Assembly: GCA_964588165.1 (NCBI GenBank)
Contig: CAZPMS010000002.1
Coordinates: 15,951 to 79,950 of the forward strand
DNA length: 64,000 nucleotides
Reading direction: 5' to 3'
Source: an uncultured Gammaproteobacteria bacterium
Lineage (GTDB): Bacteria; Patescibacteriota; Patescibacteriia; UBA1558; UBA10009
Part shown: piece after piece, positions 1 through 7,731 of the stretch
Layout of the letters: each line of letters begins with the position of its first letter
Numbering within the stretch: the first letter of the stretch is position 1
The notes under the pieces: generated by a model
What the model saw: only the letters and a program-made list of their open reading frames with translations
Told to the model about the DNA's origin: nothing
Database searches by the model: none
Program-made: the position numbers and the translations under genes

Positions 1-587
1 TTAGCATATTTAATTAAAATCTCAGTATCTTTTTCATTAGGGTTGTTTTCTTGGTCTATATGAACATGGATTTTTTTATTCAAATTTTTAGCGATGGAAA
101 AGAGCAAATCATAATTCTCTTTATCATTTGGCCTATCTTTTGAAGGCAATCCGCCAACAATATCTGCTTTGGCAGTAATTTCTTCAAAAAGTTTTCTGGC
201 CTGCCCATCAATTAGTCCTCCTAATGGTTGGGTAATGGTTACCAGTTTTATTTTATCTTTGTACTCCTCTTTAACTTTATTGGCAGCATCAATGGCTTTG
301 TGGCCTACAGCGTCATAAGCATCTACAAAAGTGGCTGTAAGTTTGCAGCCTTGTTCAACTAAAAAATCTAAAGCTGTTTTAATTCGCTTCTCAATTTGTT
401 TTTGTGTGGAATTGCGTTTAATATCATCACTCATTAGCCATTTTTGTTCCATATCCACCATGGTTTTATCCAGACCTTCTTTAGTTATGTAGTAAGCTTT
501 GTCAAAATGGGCATGGCAACTTACAAAACCACCCTTAGCTTTTATGGCTTCCAGTATTTGTTGTTTAAGGTTCCAGGGATTAGTCAT
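1..587 (-). CDS. Metal-dependent amidohydrolase-family protein, partial. The N-terminal 195 aa are present and the C-terminus runs off the window edge. It is cytosine/adenine deaminase-like.
   Basis: Manual translation from the ATG at 587: MTNPWNLKQQILEAIKAKGGFVSCHAHFDKAYY...HVHIDQ. The HxH motif near the N-terminus and a later HVH..D are typical of the amidohydrolase superfamily. No in-frame stop occurs before position 1. Confidence 0.45.
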   Translation of the reverse strand, partial: MTNPWNLKQQILEAIKAKGGFVSCHAHFDKAYYITKEGLDKTMVDMEQKWLMSDDIKRNSTQKQIEKRIKTALDFLVEQGCKLTATFVDAYDAVGHKAIDAANKVKEEYKDKIKLVTITQPLGGLIDGQARKLFEEITAKADIVGGLPSKDRPNDKENYDLLFSIAKNLNKKIHVHIDQENNPNEKDTEILIKYA

Positions 588-598
588 ATGATTAAAAA

Positions 599-660
599 TT
601 AATGATTGCCGCGCCCCGCTTGTGAAGCGAAGCGGAGTCGGGCCGGGGATAATTAAAAAT
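599..660. repeat. GC-rich repeat family B, copy 1. Its core 'ccgcgccccgcttgtgaagcgaagcggagtcgggccgggg' lies about 20 bp upstream of the start of the minus-strand gene 1..587.
   Basis: It is near-identical (1 mismatch over about 55 bp including the 'taatgattg' leader) to 2448-2497. It is flanked by the direct repeat 'attaaaaatt' (591-600 and 652-661). Confidence 0.7.
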
Positions 661-812
661 TTGATATATAAAAAAACCGCCTACTTAGGCGATAAATTTT
701 GGGAAAATAGATACTACGGCCTGCCTTGGGCGACCTGAATTTTTTTGAATTTTTCCACATCGTCCGAACATCTATAATAGTATATATCTTTTATTTAGGC
801 GGGTCAAATAGT

Positions 813-1529
813 TTACCAACCTTTGTTTTCTATGGCTTTTTGAGCAGCATCTACCTGCGCTTCTTGCTTAGAAGTGCCTTCGCCTTCGGCAATTAGTTCA
901 TTCTCTAAATAAACACCAACCTTAAAGAATTTATTGTGGTCTGGTCCGTTTTCTTCCAAAACTTTATAAACCGGAGTAGTGCTAAAGAATTCCTGGGATT
1001 TTTCCTGAAATTTACTTTTAGGGTCTTGGTAGAGATGATTTTCTAAGATATGAGGCAGTTTTATTAAAATATTATCACTAATAAATTTATCAGCTGCTTT
1101 CATTCCTTGATCTAAATAAATAGCTCCAATAATAGCTTCCATGGCATTAGCCAAAATATAATTACGGGCCTTAGGATTGGCATCCTGTTTTTCGCCTTTG
1201 CTCATATACAAAAATTCTTCAATTTCCAGTGCGCTGGCAATTTCGGCCAACATCTTGGCGTTAACCAAGCTGGCACGCCAATTGGTTAGCTCGCCTTCTG
1301 GGTTAGGATAGTTTTTATAAAGGTATTCCGTGGTGACCATCTCTAAAACAGCATCGCCCAAAAATTCCAACCTTTCATTGTGGTCTAGGGGAAAATTTTT
1401 ATGTTCATTAATGTATGAACGATGGACGATAGATGATTTTAGGAAATCTTGATTTTTAAAAGATAAGCCAAGATTTTTTTCTAACTTTTTTAGTTCTTTC
1501 ATAAATTGTAGTTGTATAGCGTATAACAT
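813..1529 (-). CDS. rnc: Ribonuclease III
   Basis: The ERLEFLGDAVL RNase III signature is present, and a C-terminal dsRBD-like region (KFFKVGVYLENELIAEGEGTSKQEAQ). Confidence 0.9.
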   Translation of the reverse strand: MLYAIQLQFMKELKKLEKNLGLSFKNQDFLKSSIVHRSYINEHKNFPLDHNERLEFLGDAVLEMVTTEYLYKNYPNPEGELTNWRASLVNAKMLAEIASALEIEEFLYMSKGEKQDANPKARNYILANAMEAIIGAIYLDQGMKAADKFISDNILIKLPHILENHLYQDPKSKFQEKSQEFFSTTPVYKVLEENGPDHNKFFKVGVYLENELIAEGEGTSKQEAQVDAAQKAIENKGW

Positions 1530-1571
1530 GTAACGTGTATAGGATACACGATGCAGGCTATACGTTAAACG
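1521..1571. repeat. Repeat family D (TACACG / ACGT-rich, about 50 bp) in the spacer between the nusB-NUDIX stop and the rnc start.
   Basis: 'gctatacgttaaacgtta' and 'cgtgtataggatacacg' resemble 37841-37908, which sits upstream of the Nif3-like gene. The 'acgtcac' units are also found inside tsaD (15255-15285). Confidence 0.5.
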
Positions 1572-2435
1572 TTATTTAATATTTAATTTTTTAAAAGCTG
1601 CATTTAAAATCCCTAAAGCATTTTCGTAGCCGACTATTTTTTTAGCCTCATCTTTATTTACCCATTTAGCGTCTTTTACTTCTGGCTCATTGGTGATTTT
1701 TAATTTGTCATCAGTAGTTTCTATTAAAAAGTAGTAGACAGTTTTAGGAACAGGCCTTTTATTTGGCTCTTTTACTTTTATTTCAATACTATCTAAATAA
1801 CCTAAACTTTTTACATTGTTTACTCCGATTTCTTCTTTAATTTCCCTTAGGGCGGCATTTTCTTTGTCCTCATTTTCTTTTATGTGGCCTTTGGGGAAAG
1901 TCCATTTGTTATAGGCATCTAAAATTAAAGCGAATTTATAATTATTATCCTCTTTTTTAAAAACTACGCCACCGGCAGAAAATTCTTTTGGCGGTTCGGT
2001 TTCAAATTCTTTTTTTTCGCCGGTTTTTTGCATGTCTTTAAAAACACTGCCTAAAACTCCGTTAACAAATTTACCAGAAGATTCACCGCCATAAGTTTTT
2101 GCCAACTCAATAGCTTCATTAATAGCAACTTTTGGAGGAATTTCTTTAGAAAATTTTAATTCAAAAATTCCAATACGCAAAACATTTCTATCTACTGTGG
2201 TAATTTGTTCAATTGGCCACTCCGGAGCATATTTTTTTATCATTTTATCAATTTCGGGAACTTTTTCAGCGATACTTTTAATTAGATTTTTAGAAAAATC
2301 TTGATCATCAAAACCCTGTGCAAATTCATCTCGATTATTCTCTAAAAGTTTTTGTAGGTTTTCTTTTTTTTCATTAAAGTCCCATTGGAAAAGACTTTGT
2401 AAAACTAAAGTTCTGGCTAAATGTCTGTTGGACAT
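1572..2435 (-). CDS. nusB: NusB (transcription antitermination factor) N-terminal domain fused to a C-terminal NUDIX hydrolase domain.
   Basis: N-terminus: LARTLVLQSLFQWDF...DRNVLRIGIFEL...KVAINEAIELAKTYGGESSGKFVNGVLGSV, which is NusB-like. C-terminus: GGVVFKK...GHIKENEDKENAALREIKEEIGV, a Nudix box of the form Gx5Ex7REUxEExGU. Confidence 0.8.
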   Translation of the reverse strand: MSNRHLARTLVLQSLFQWDFNEKKENLQKLLENNRDEFAQGFDDQDFSKNLIKSIAEKVPEIDKMIKKYAPEWPIEQITTVDRNVLRIGIFELKFSKEIPPKVAINEAIELAKTYGGESSGKFVNGVLGSVFKDMQKTGEKKEFETEPPKEFSAGGVVFKKEDNNYKFALILDAYNKWTFPKGHIKENEDKENAALREIKEEIGVNNVKSLGYLDSIEIKVKEPNKRPVPKTVYYFLIETTDDKLKITNEPEVKDAKWVNKDEAKKIVGYENALGILNAAFKKLNIK

Positions 2436-2441
2436 AAATTG

Positions 2442-2509
2442 ATGATTAATGATTGCCGCGCCCCGCTTGCGAAGCGAAGCGGAGTCGGGCCGGGGATGAT
2501 TAATGATTG
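2442..2509. repeat. GC-rich repeat family B, copy 2. A 40-bp GC core (2456-2495) is flanked by a perfect 14-bp direct repeat 'atgattaatgattg' (2442-2455 and 2496-2509).
   Basis: The core differs from copy 1 at a single position. It lies 20 bp upstream of the nusB-NUDIX start codon. The flanking direct repeats look like a target-site duplication. Confidence 0.75.
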
Positions 2510-2540
2510 ATTAAGTTAGTTAAAAATCATCGTTTATAGT

Positions 2541-2744
2541 TTATTTCTTTTTCTTTTTATCTAAAGCAGATTTTATTTTAATTGCCTCTTTACCTTTGTA
2601 ATAACCGCATTTAGTGCAAGCTGTGTGCCCTAAAACAGGGTTTTGGCAATTAGAACAAAGTTTAGGCTTGGTTGCTTTTAGAGCGAATTGTGAAGCCCGT
2701 CTTTTTTTAGATGATTTAGTCCGTTTCTGTGTTGGTACACCCAT
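2541..2744 (-). CDS. rpmF: 50S ribosomal protein L32
   Basis: MGVPTQKRTKSSKKRRASQ...CSNCQNPVLGHTACTKCGYYKGKE. This is an L32-like N-terminus with a Cys4 zinc-ribbon, plus a K-rich tail. Confidence 0.8.
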   Translation of the reverse strand: MGVPTQKRTKSSKKRRASQFALKATKPKLCSNCQNPVLGHTACTKCGYYKGKEAIKIKSALDKKKKK

Positions 2745-2777
2745 AAAAAATAGATTAATTGTTAATTTGTTGGTAAT

Positions 2778-2806
2778 AGTATAGGTAAATGAGATCTTTT
2801 TGTCAA
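2778..2806 (-). promoter_or_regulatory. Sigma70-like promoter for rpmF: TTGACA, 17-bp spacer, TATACT.
   Basis: The reverse complement reads ttgacaaaaagatctcatttacctatact. Confidence 0.5.
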
Positions 2807-2865
2807 TTATGTTGATTTTTTTAAAGTTTCCTTTTTTTGCTTATTTAAGGCTTTTTTAAAGGCCT

Positions 2866-3120
2866 TGACAAACTATTTAATTTTTGCTAAGCTTAGAGGT
2901 CATTTTGAAGATTGCCAACTACTCTGGATTCTGCGTCCACGACAAGCATGGGGATTATTGTCAGCGCTTCTTATTTGGCGGCCATTGGTTTGCTCGATAT
3001 GTGCTAGCAATAATTTTCTTGGGCGCAGTATCTAGGGTAGTTTTTTTATTACCCCACGACTCGCTACTTTTAGTCGCCTGCTCTCGGGGACCCCGATATG
3101 AATATTGTTTATGTTAAATT
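2866..3120 (+). ncRNA. Candidate structured noncoding RNA, class unknown. It is a GC-rich, roughly 210-nt unit downstream of a TTGACA-17-TAAGCT promoter (2866-2894).
   Basis: This is a roughly 50% GC island in 35% GC surroundings. It has several stem-loops (gggta/taccc at 3036-3056, cgact/agtcg at 3061-3080, cgggg/ccccg) and a direct repeat 'ccacgac'. The only ORF here (2884..3117) is Cys-rich and not protein-like. Confidence 0.3.
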
Positions 3121-3144
3121 CGTTTATAATTATAGCGGATTTTA

Positions 3145-4998
3145 TTATTCTTCAATAATAATTTCTTCAGTTGAGGTGGCGGCATTAGGGTCCCTGCCTA
3201 TTAAGCATTTGGCTGGCCAAGGAATGTAGTGGCTGGTAAACCTTTCTTCTTCAATATTCCCATCTGGATAGGTAACTTTATAATCAAAATAAGCGTCTGC
3301 TCCGGCATGGGCGCTTTCGGTACAATTTTCTTCTCCCGGTTCCAGCTCATCAGTTTCTATATAAACTGTTTCTCCGGGAGATTTTATATTATAAATGGTT
3401 GGATCAGTTTGTTCGGCAATCCTGCCATCGCTGGTTCCCCAAAAATCAAAATATAAATTATCGCCTTCAATCCGGGCTTGTATTAAAATGTGCTTATCGG
3501 TATCATTTTTAAATTGATAATCCGGCCAGGGATCATAAATGGTAGCGTCTGTTCCGGCCGGTTCGTAATAAACAACTCTGTAAGAATGGTTGCGTCTTTC
3601 TATAACCGGCAGGCCCGAAGCCAAAGTGCTTCTAAAAACGGTAGTGCCAATTTGGCACAAGCCGCCTCCGTATTCAGGGATAGTTTCATCACCTTTAATA
3701 ACCAGCTCCTGCAGATAACCAGCCTCTTTATTTATATCACCAAGGGCCTCTATTAAAGAAAAGATTTCATCGGGTGAAATAAGAAGGCCGTTTAAGCTTT
3801 CAGCGCCTACGGCAATATTGTGCCGGCGGTTTTTAGGGCTGCCCCTAAAATTAGAATGGCCGGTACCTAAAATTTCATTTACACCTAAATCATTAATGCT
3901 GCCGGTAGTAACTTTAGCTTTTGTTTCTTCAATGGTCAGCTCAATTTTAAATGAATTTTCTTCCAGCAAATCATGCTCAATTTTTTCAAAAGATTTATCT
4001 ATATTTAAAGCCAGGCCATCTTGGCTGCCTTGGAATTCAGTTACCCGGCCGTTGGTAATATCAAATTTGGCATCTAAAGTGGGTATATAAATATCGGGTG
4101 CGATATTTTCAGCCAAATAGGCTTTGCTGGTGGAGGCGTCTAAACCTAAAATAATCCCATCTTCCGATTTTTTAAAAACAAACCAGTTTTTAAAAATATT
4201 ATTAGAGATTTCCCAGTTTTTATTTTTACCTATCAGAGTTAAGGTTGAAGTAGAGACCAAATCAGATAATCTGTTAACAGCTATGTCTGTTATTTTATTT
4301 TTTTTAATTAAGGGGTCATCAACTATTAGGTTTAAAACAATTGGCTCTAGTGAAAGATGCTGGACACTATTTAGGGAATCCGAAAGTAATTGTTGATAAT
4401 CAAAAGTGGTTCCGGCTTCTTCTGCCCGTATAGTTATATTTAATTGGCCATCAATAATTGGTACCGCTTCTATTTTAGGGGTGGAGAATTTTTCAAAGTT
4501 ATCCTTTAAAATGGTTAAAAATTCTTCTTGGTCTAATTGAAATTTTACGGGAAAGTTATGGCCGAAAATTAAGGCTTTTAGTTGCTGCCAAAAGTTTCGG
4601 CTGTAACCCTTTTTACGTCCAAATAAATAGGCTTGGTCTACTGTTTCAGCAACATCAAAATAAATAAGTTGGTAAGAAACATCCGGATCTGTAGCTGGCA
4701 GTGTGGGGAAGATAGTTATTTCTTCACCATTAAATTTATATTTTAAGCCATGCTTAATAAATTCATCCACCTGGCTTTGCCAATTTTCGGTGGCCTGAGC
4801 ATGGCTTAATTTTTTTAATTCCTGCTGGTTAATAGTAACGCCGGGAAAAAAGTTATATCTATTGGCTTTGGCATAGCTAAAGGCAAAAATTGCCAAAACC
4901 GTTAAAATAATTAAAAAAATGGTTACAAAAGTAAGTAGCCATTTCATTATTAAAGGAAGCGGGTATTTAGTGTTTATTGGAAGGTTCATCTTCAACAT
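3145..4998 (-). CDS. VanW-domain protein with an N-terminal membrane anchor.
   Basis: N-terminal TM segment (LLTFVTIFLIILTVLAIFAF). C-terminal VanW-like motif: GYLQELVIKGDETIPEYGGGLCQIGTTVFRSTLASGLPVIERRNHSYRV. Confidence 0.7.
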   Translation of the reverse strand: MLKMNLPINTKYPLPLIMKWLLTFVTIFLIILTVLAIFAFSYAKANRYNFFPGVTINQQELKKLSHAQATENWQSQVDEFIKHGLKYKFNGEEITIFPTLPATDPDVSYQLIYFDVAETVDQAYLFGRKKGYSRNFWQQLKALIFGHNFPVKFQLDQEEFLTILKDNFEKFSTPKIEAVPIIDGQLNITIRAEEAGTTFDYQQLLSDSLNSVQHLSLEPIVLNLIVDDPLIKKNKITDIAVNRLSDLVSTSTLTLIGKNKNWEISNNIFKNWFVFKKSEDGIILGLDASTSKAYLAENIAPDIYIPTLDAKFDITNGRVTEFQGSQDGLALNIDKSFEKIEHDLLEENSFKIELTIEETKAKVTTGSINDLGVNEILGTGHSNFRGSPKNRRHNIAVGAESLNGLLISPDEIFSLIEALGDINKEAGYLQELVIKGDETIPEYGGGLCQIGTTVFRSTLASGLPVIERRNHSYRVVYYEPAGTDATIYDPWPDYQFKNDTDKHILIQARIEGDNLYFDFWGTSDGRIAEQTDPTIYNIKSPGETVYIETDELEPGEENCTESAHAGADAYFDYKVTYPDGNIEEERFTSHYIPWPAKCLIGRDPNAATSTEEIIIEE

Positions 4999-5209
4999 TT
5001 AAAATTTCATTTAGCATATTTTTAGCCAAACCCTCTTTGGCAGAAGTTTTATCAATATTACTTGATATAGTTATGCTTAAACTGTTGCCGGCTGTAATTT
5101 CTTCAGGTAGTTTATTAGTTGGCCAAATTATTTCTTGGCCGTCTTCGGTTTTTATAACAGCCTTGCCGTCTTCAAACCTATCAAGTGTGGCCTTAATAAC
5201 CAAAGTCAT
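4967..5209 (-). CDS. Small DUF3006-like protein
   Basis: 80 aa, MTLVIKATLDRFEDGKAVIKTEDGQEI... It overlaps the VanW gene start by 32 bp, which is operon-like. Confidence 0.4.
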   Translation of the reverse strand: MTLVIKATLDRFEDGKAVIKTEDGQEIIWPTNKLPEEITAGNSLSITISSNIDKTSAKEGLAKNMLNEILNVEDEPSNKH

Positions 5210-5220
5210 AATAAATAAAA

Positions 5221-5739
5221 CTAATTGTTTTTTTCTTTTACTTTGATTGAAATAGAACGGGTTTTTCTAGCCTTGGGCAATTTAACGGTTAAGACGCCAT
5301 TTTTTAAAGAAGCATCAACTTTTTCGGGTGTGATTTCGGTTGGTAAAATAATTGAGCGGGAAAAACCTCCCCAATAGCATTCTTGATAAAAATAATCATC
5401 CTCTTTAATAGTTGTTTCAATTTCCCGTTTGCCCCTTATAGTTACCATATCATTATTAATGGAGATATCAATATCTTCTGGTTTAACGCCGGCAATGGTT
5501 GATTTAATAACAATGGCGTCTTTGGTTTGGAAAACATCAACCGAAAGCTGGCCTTCTTCGTAATCTTCATCCAGCCATTTTTCGTTTTCTTGAACTTCTT
5601 CCTGAGTAGCCACTCCTTGCTCTGCAGGCGATTCGTTATTCAAAAAAAAGTCATCATCATCTGCTTCCACTGTTTTTTTCTTAGACTTGGCTTTATTGCC
5701 AGGACTTTTTTTGATTAAATCTTTTTTAAATAGTTTCAT
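5221..5739 (-). CDS. Hsp20 / alpha-crystallin family small heat-shock protein.
   Basis: Alpha-crystallin domain: SVDVFQTKDAIVIKSTIAGVKPEDIDISINNDMVTIRGKRE...FSRSIILPTEITPEKVDASLKNGVLTVKLPK. Confidence 0.85.
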   Translation of the reverse strand: MKLFKKDLIKKSPGNKAKSKKKTVEADDDDFFLNNESPAEQGVATQEEVQENEKWLDEDYEEGQLSVDVFQTKDAIVIKSTIAGVKPEDIDISINNDMVTIRGKREIETTIKEDDYFYQECYWGGFSRSIILPTEITPEKVDASLKNGVLTVKLPKARKTRSISIKVKEKNN

Positions 5740-5919
5740 AAGTTTTACTTTAAAAAGTGTTTATATTATACAACTTTTTTATTCACAGGGCAAATTTTAA
5801 GTGGTGGGTAGGTGGCAGAGAGTAGTTTTTAAGTTGAATATTGACAATTAGAATATTAAATGATAGAGTGTAATATTAATTCTTTTAAAATCCAACAGTT
5901 AAACAGTGAAGGAGGCACC

Positions 5920-6258
5920 ATGTTTCTTTATTGGATGTTGAGGTATCCGGTACGTTTCTGGCTTGGATTTGGCTTATTTGTCTTTTTGACTTATTTGCCA
6001 ATGAACCACTTCGTTTATGAGCCAGAACGTCAGCATCAACTGGCACTTGAGCAGAAAGCAGACCTGGCAGTTAGGCATGTTTACATGGGCCAACCACAGG
6101 ACTTTGCTGATTTGTCAGCCGGTGATTATACAGTGGACATTGAAGTTCGCAACGGATTTTACGTGGTTCGGCAAATTGTTCCAACCGGTGATATTGATCA
6201 GTTCATTTCTAACATTCCGGAAAACATCCGGCCTGGCATGACCTTTACTGTTGGTTGA
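5920..6258 (+). CDS. Hypothetical membrane-anchored protein with elevated GC.
   Basis: A strong RBS (gaaggagg) sits 8 nt upstream of the ATG at 5920, so the ORF-track start at 5860 is probably too long. An N-terminal TM helix is present. GC is about 45%. Confidence 0.5.
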   Translation: MFLYWMLRYPVRFWLGFGLFVFLTYLPMNHFVYEPERQHQLALEQKADLAVRHVYMGQPQDFADLSAGDYTVDIEVRNGFYVVRQIVPTGDIDQFISNIPENIRPGMTFTVG

Positions 6259-6427
6259 TGACATTCATTTTTGCACGCAATAGCGTTAGAATTTTCTGGC
6301 GCTATTTTATTATTACAAAAAAAGATCTCCAATATTAGAAAGTTTTTTGCTCGCCCTGCGTCTGTTTACCGGCAAGGCAGTTAGTTTTTAATTTGAATAA
6401 AAGAGTAAAATACGTATAATATAATAT

Positions 6428-7435
6428 ATGGAAGTAATTGCTACATTATGGAAAGTGCCTTATCATCACGATCGCAATCGGCGAATGATTGAAGCTGGCG
6501 TAGATTGTTTTAGGATTAAGTGTTCTCATTGGGAAGTTAAAGGCATTTCTGGTGCACTGCAGGCTGCACGAAAGCAAATTGATGAATCAGGCAAACCAAT
6601 AAAACTGATAGCTGATCTGCCTGAAGCAAAATTACGGTTAGGTTTTTTCCCACAAGAACGTCTTATTTTGCCAAAGGGCAAGGGGTATTTATTTAAATTT
6701 GCCGAATCTTCTGATAATCCAGAAAGTTTTATTCCGGTAAAATTTAAAGGTATAACTAAACATCTTAAAGTAGGTGACGAATTTTATATAGGTGATGGCT
6801 GGCTGGCCTTTACTGTAACTGAAATTATTAATGAAGATAGCTTTAAAGCCATAACCAGTAACACCGGCCAATTAGTTTTTAGAACATCTTTAACCATTCC
6901 AAAATTAATGGATGAGTTAAATCATATTACTCCGGTTATAGACGAACTAATTGTTGAATTGCCAAAGTGTCGGCCGGAAATTGTGGCTTTTTCTTTTGTA
7001 AATTCAAAAGCGATGTTGCAGGAATTAAAGAATAAGCTTTTAAAAGTTGCAACTAAAAGCTGGCAGCCAAAAGTTATAGCAAAAATTGAGTCCAAGGAAG
7101 GCGTAAAAAATATTGATGAAATTCTTGAACTGGCTGACGGTATCATGGTAGCCAGGGGTGATTTAGCTTTAAATATACCTTACGCTGAGCTGGGCTTAAT
7201 TCAAAAAAAATTAGTTAAAAAGGCTAAAGAAAAAGATAAATATGTTATTGTGGCAACTCAAATTCTTCAATCACTTTTGGATAATTATTTACCAATGAGA
7301 TCAGATATTCTTGACCTAACTAATATCTGTCTTGATGGGGCATCAGCTATTATGCTATGTACAGAAACTGCCCATAGTGAAAATCCTGAGCGAGCGGTAA
7401 GAGTGGCCAAAGAAATTATTAAAGCTGTTAACTAG
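6428..7435 (+). CDS. pyk: Pyruvate kinase-like protein (barrel/catalytic domain only, 335 aa).
   Basis: IAKIESKEGVKNIDEILELADGIMVARGDLALNIPYAELGLIQKK...VIVATQILQSLL...DILDLTNICLDGASAIMLCTETA matches the PK active-site region. No C-terminal allosteric domain is present. Confidence 0.65.
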   Translation: MEVIATLWKVPYHHDRNRRMIEAGVDCFRIKCSHWEVKGISGALQAARKQIDESGKPIKLIADLPEAKLRLGFFPQERLILPKGKGYLFKFAESSDNPESFIPVKFKGITKHLKVGDEFYIGDGWLAFTVTEIINEDSFKAITSNTGQLVFRTSLTIPKLMDELNHITPVIDELIVELPKCRPEIVAFSFVNSKAMLQELKNKLLKVATKSWQPKVIAKIESKEGVKNIDEILELADGIMVARGDLALNIPYAELGLIQKKLVKKAKEKDKYVIVATQILQSLLDNYLPMRSDILDLTNICLDGASAIMLCTETAHSENPERAVRVAKEIIKAVN

Positions 7436-7486
7436 AGATAATAATAAATATTAAAAAAACGCCCATAAGCTTGATGAGTGTTTTTT

Positions 7487-7561
7487 TGGTGACCCCACGG
7501 GGAATCGAACCCCGGTTGCCAGGATGAAAACCTGGTGTCCTAACCACTAGACGATAGGGCC
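7487..7561 (-). tRNA. tRNA-Glu (anticodon UUC)
   Basis: Reverse complement: GGCCCTATCGTCTAGTGGTTAGGACACCAGGTTTTCATCCTGGCAACCGGGGTTCGATTCCCCGTGGGGTCACCA. It folds as a cloverleaf with TTC at anticodon positions 34-36 and an encoded CCA. A TTGACA-17-TATCAT promoter lies upstream at about 7585-7615. Confidence 0.85.
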
Positions 7562-7649
7562 ATTAAAACTAAGGCAAATGATAGCGAAAATTTAATTGAA
7601 TGTCAAGATGTAGGCTATAAAAAGGTTAAAATATATTATAATCTTATAT

Positions 7650-7715
7650 AAATTCAGGATGGCATCTATTTTAAAAATCCGCTTTTAATGCGGCTTTTTT
7701 GTTTTTTAAAATATT
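7650..7715 (-). terminator. Intrinsic terminator closing the surface-protein operon.
   Basis: The reverse complement reads aaaagccgcattaaaagcggatttttaaaa, a hairpin plus U-run. Confidence 0.45.
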
Positions 7716-7731
7716 TTAAACGTTAAAACTG

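Noticed and set aside
2884-3117. 77-aa plus-strand ORF
   Set aside because: It is Cys/Phe/Leu-rich and non-protein-like, with no RBS. The region is better explained as a structured noncoding element.
7487-7561. Integrative element at tRNA-Glu
   Set aside because: No integrase, no direct repeat of the tRNA 3' end and no compositional break were seen next to the tRNA. The downstream surface operon has host-like GC.
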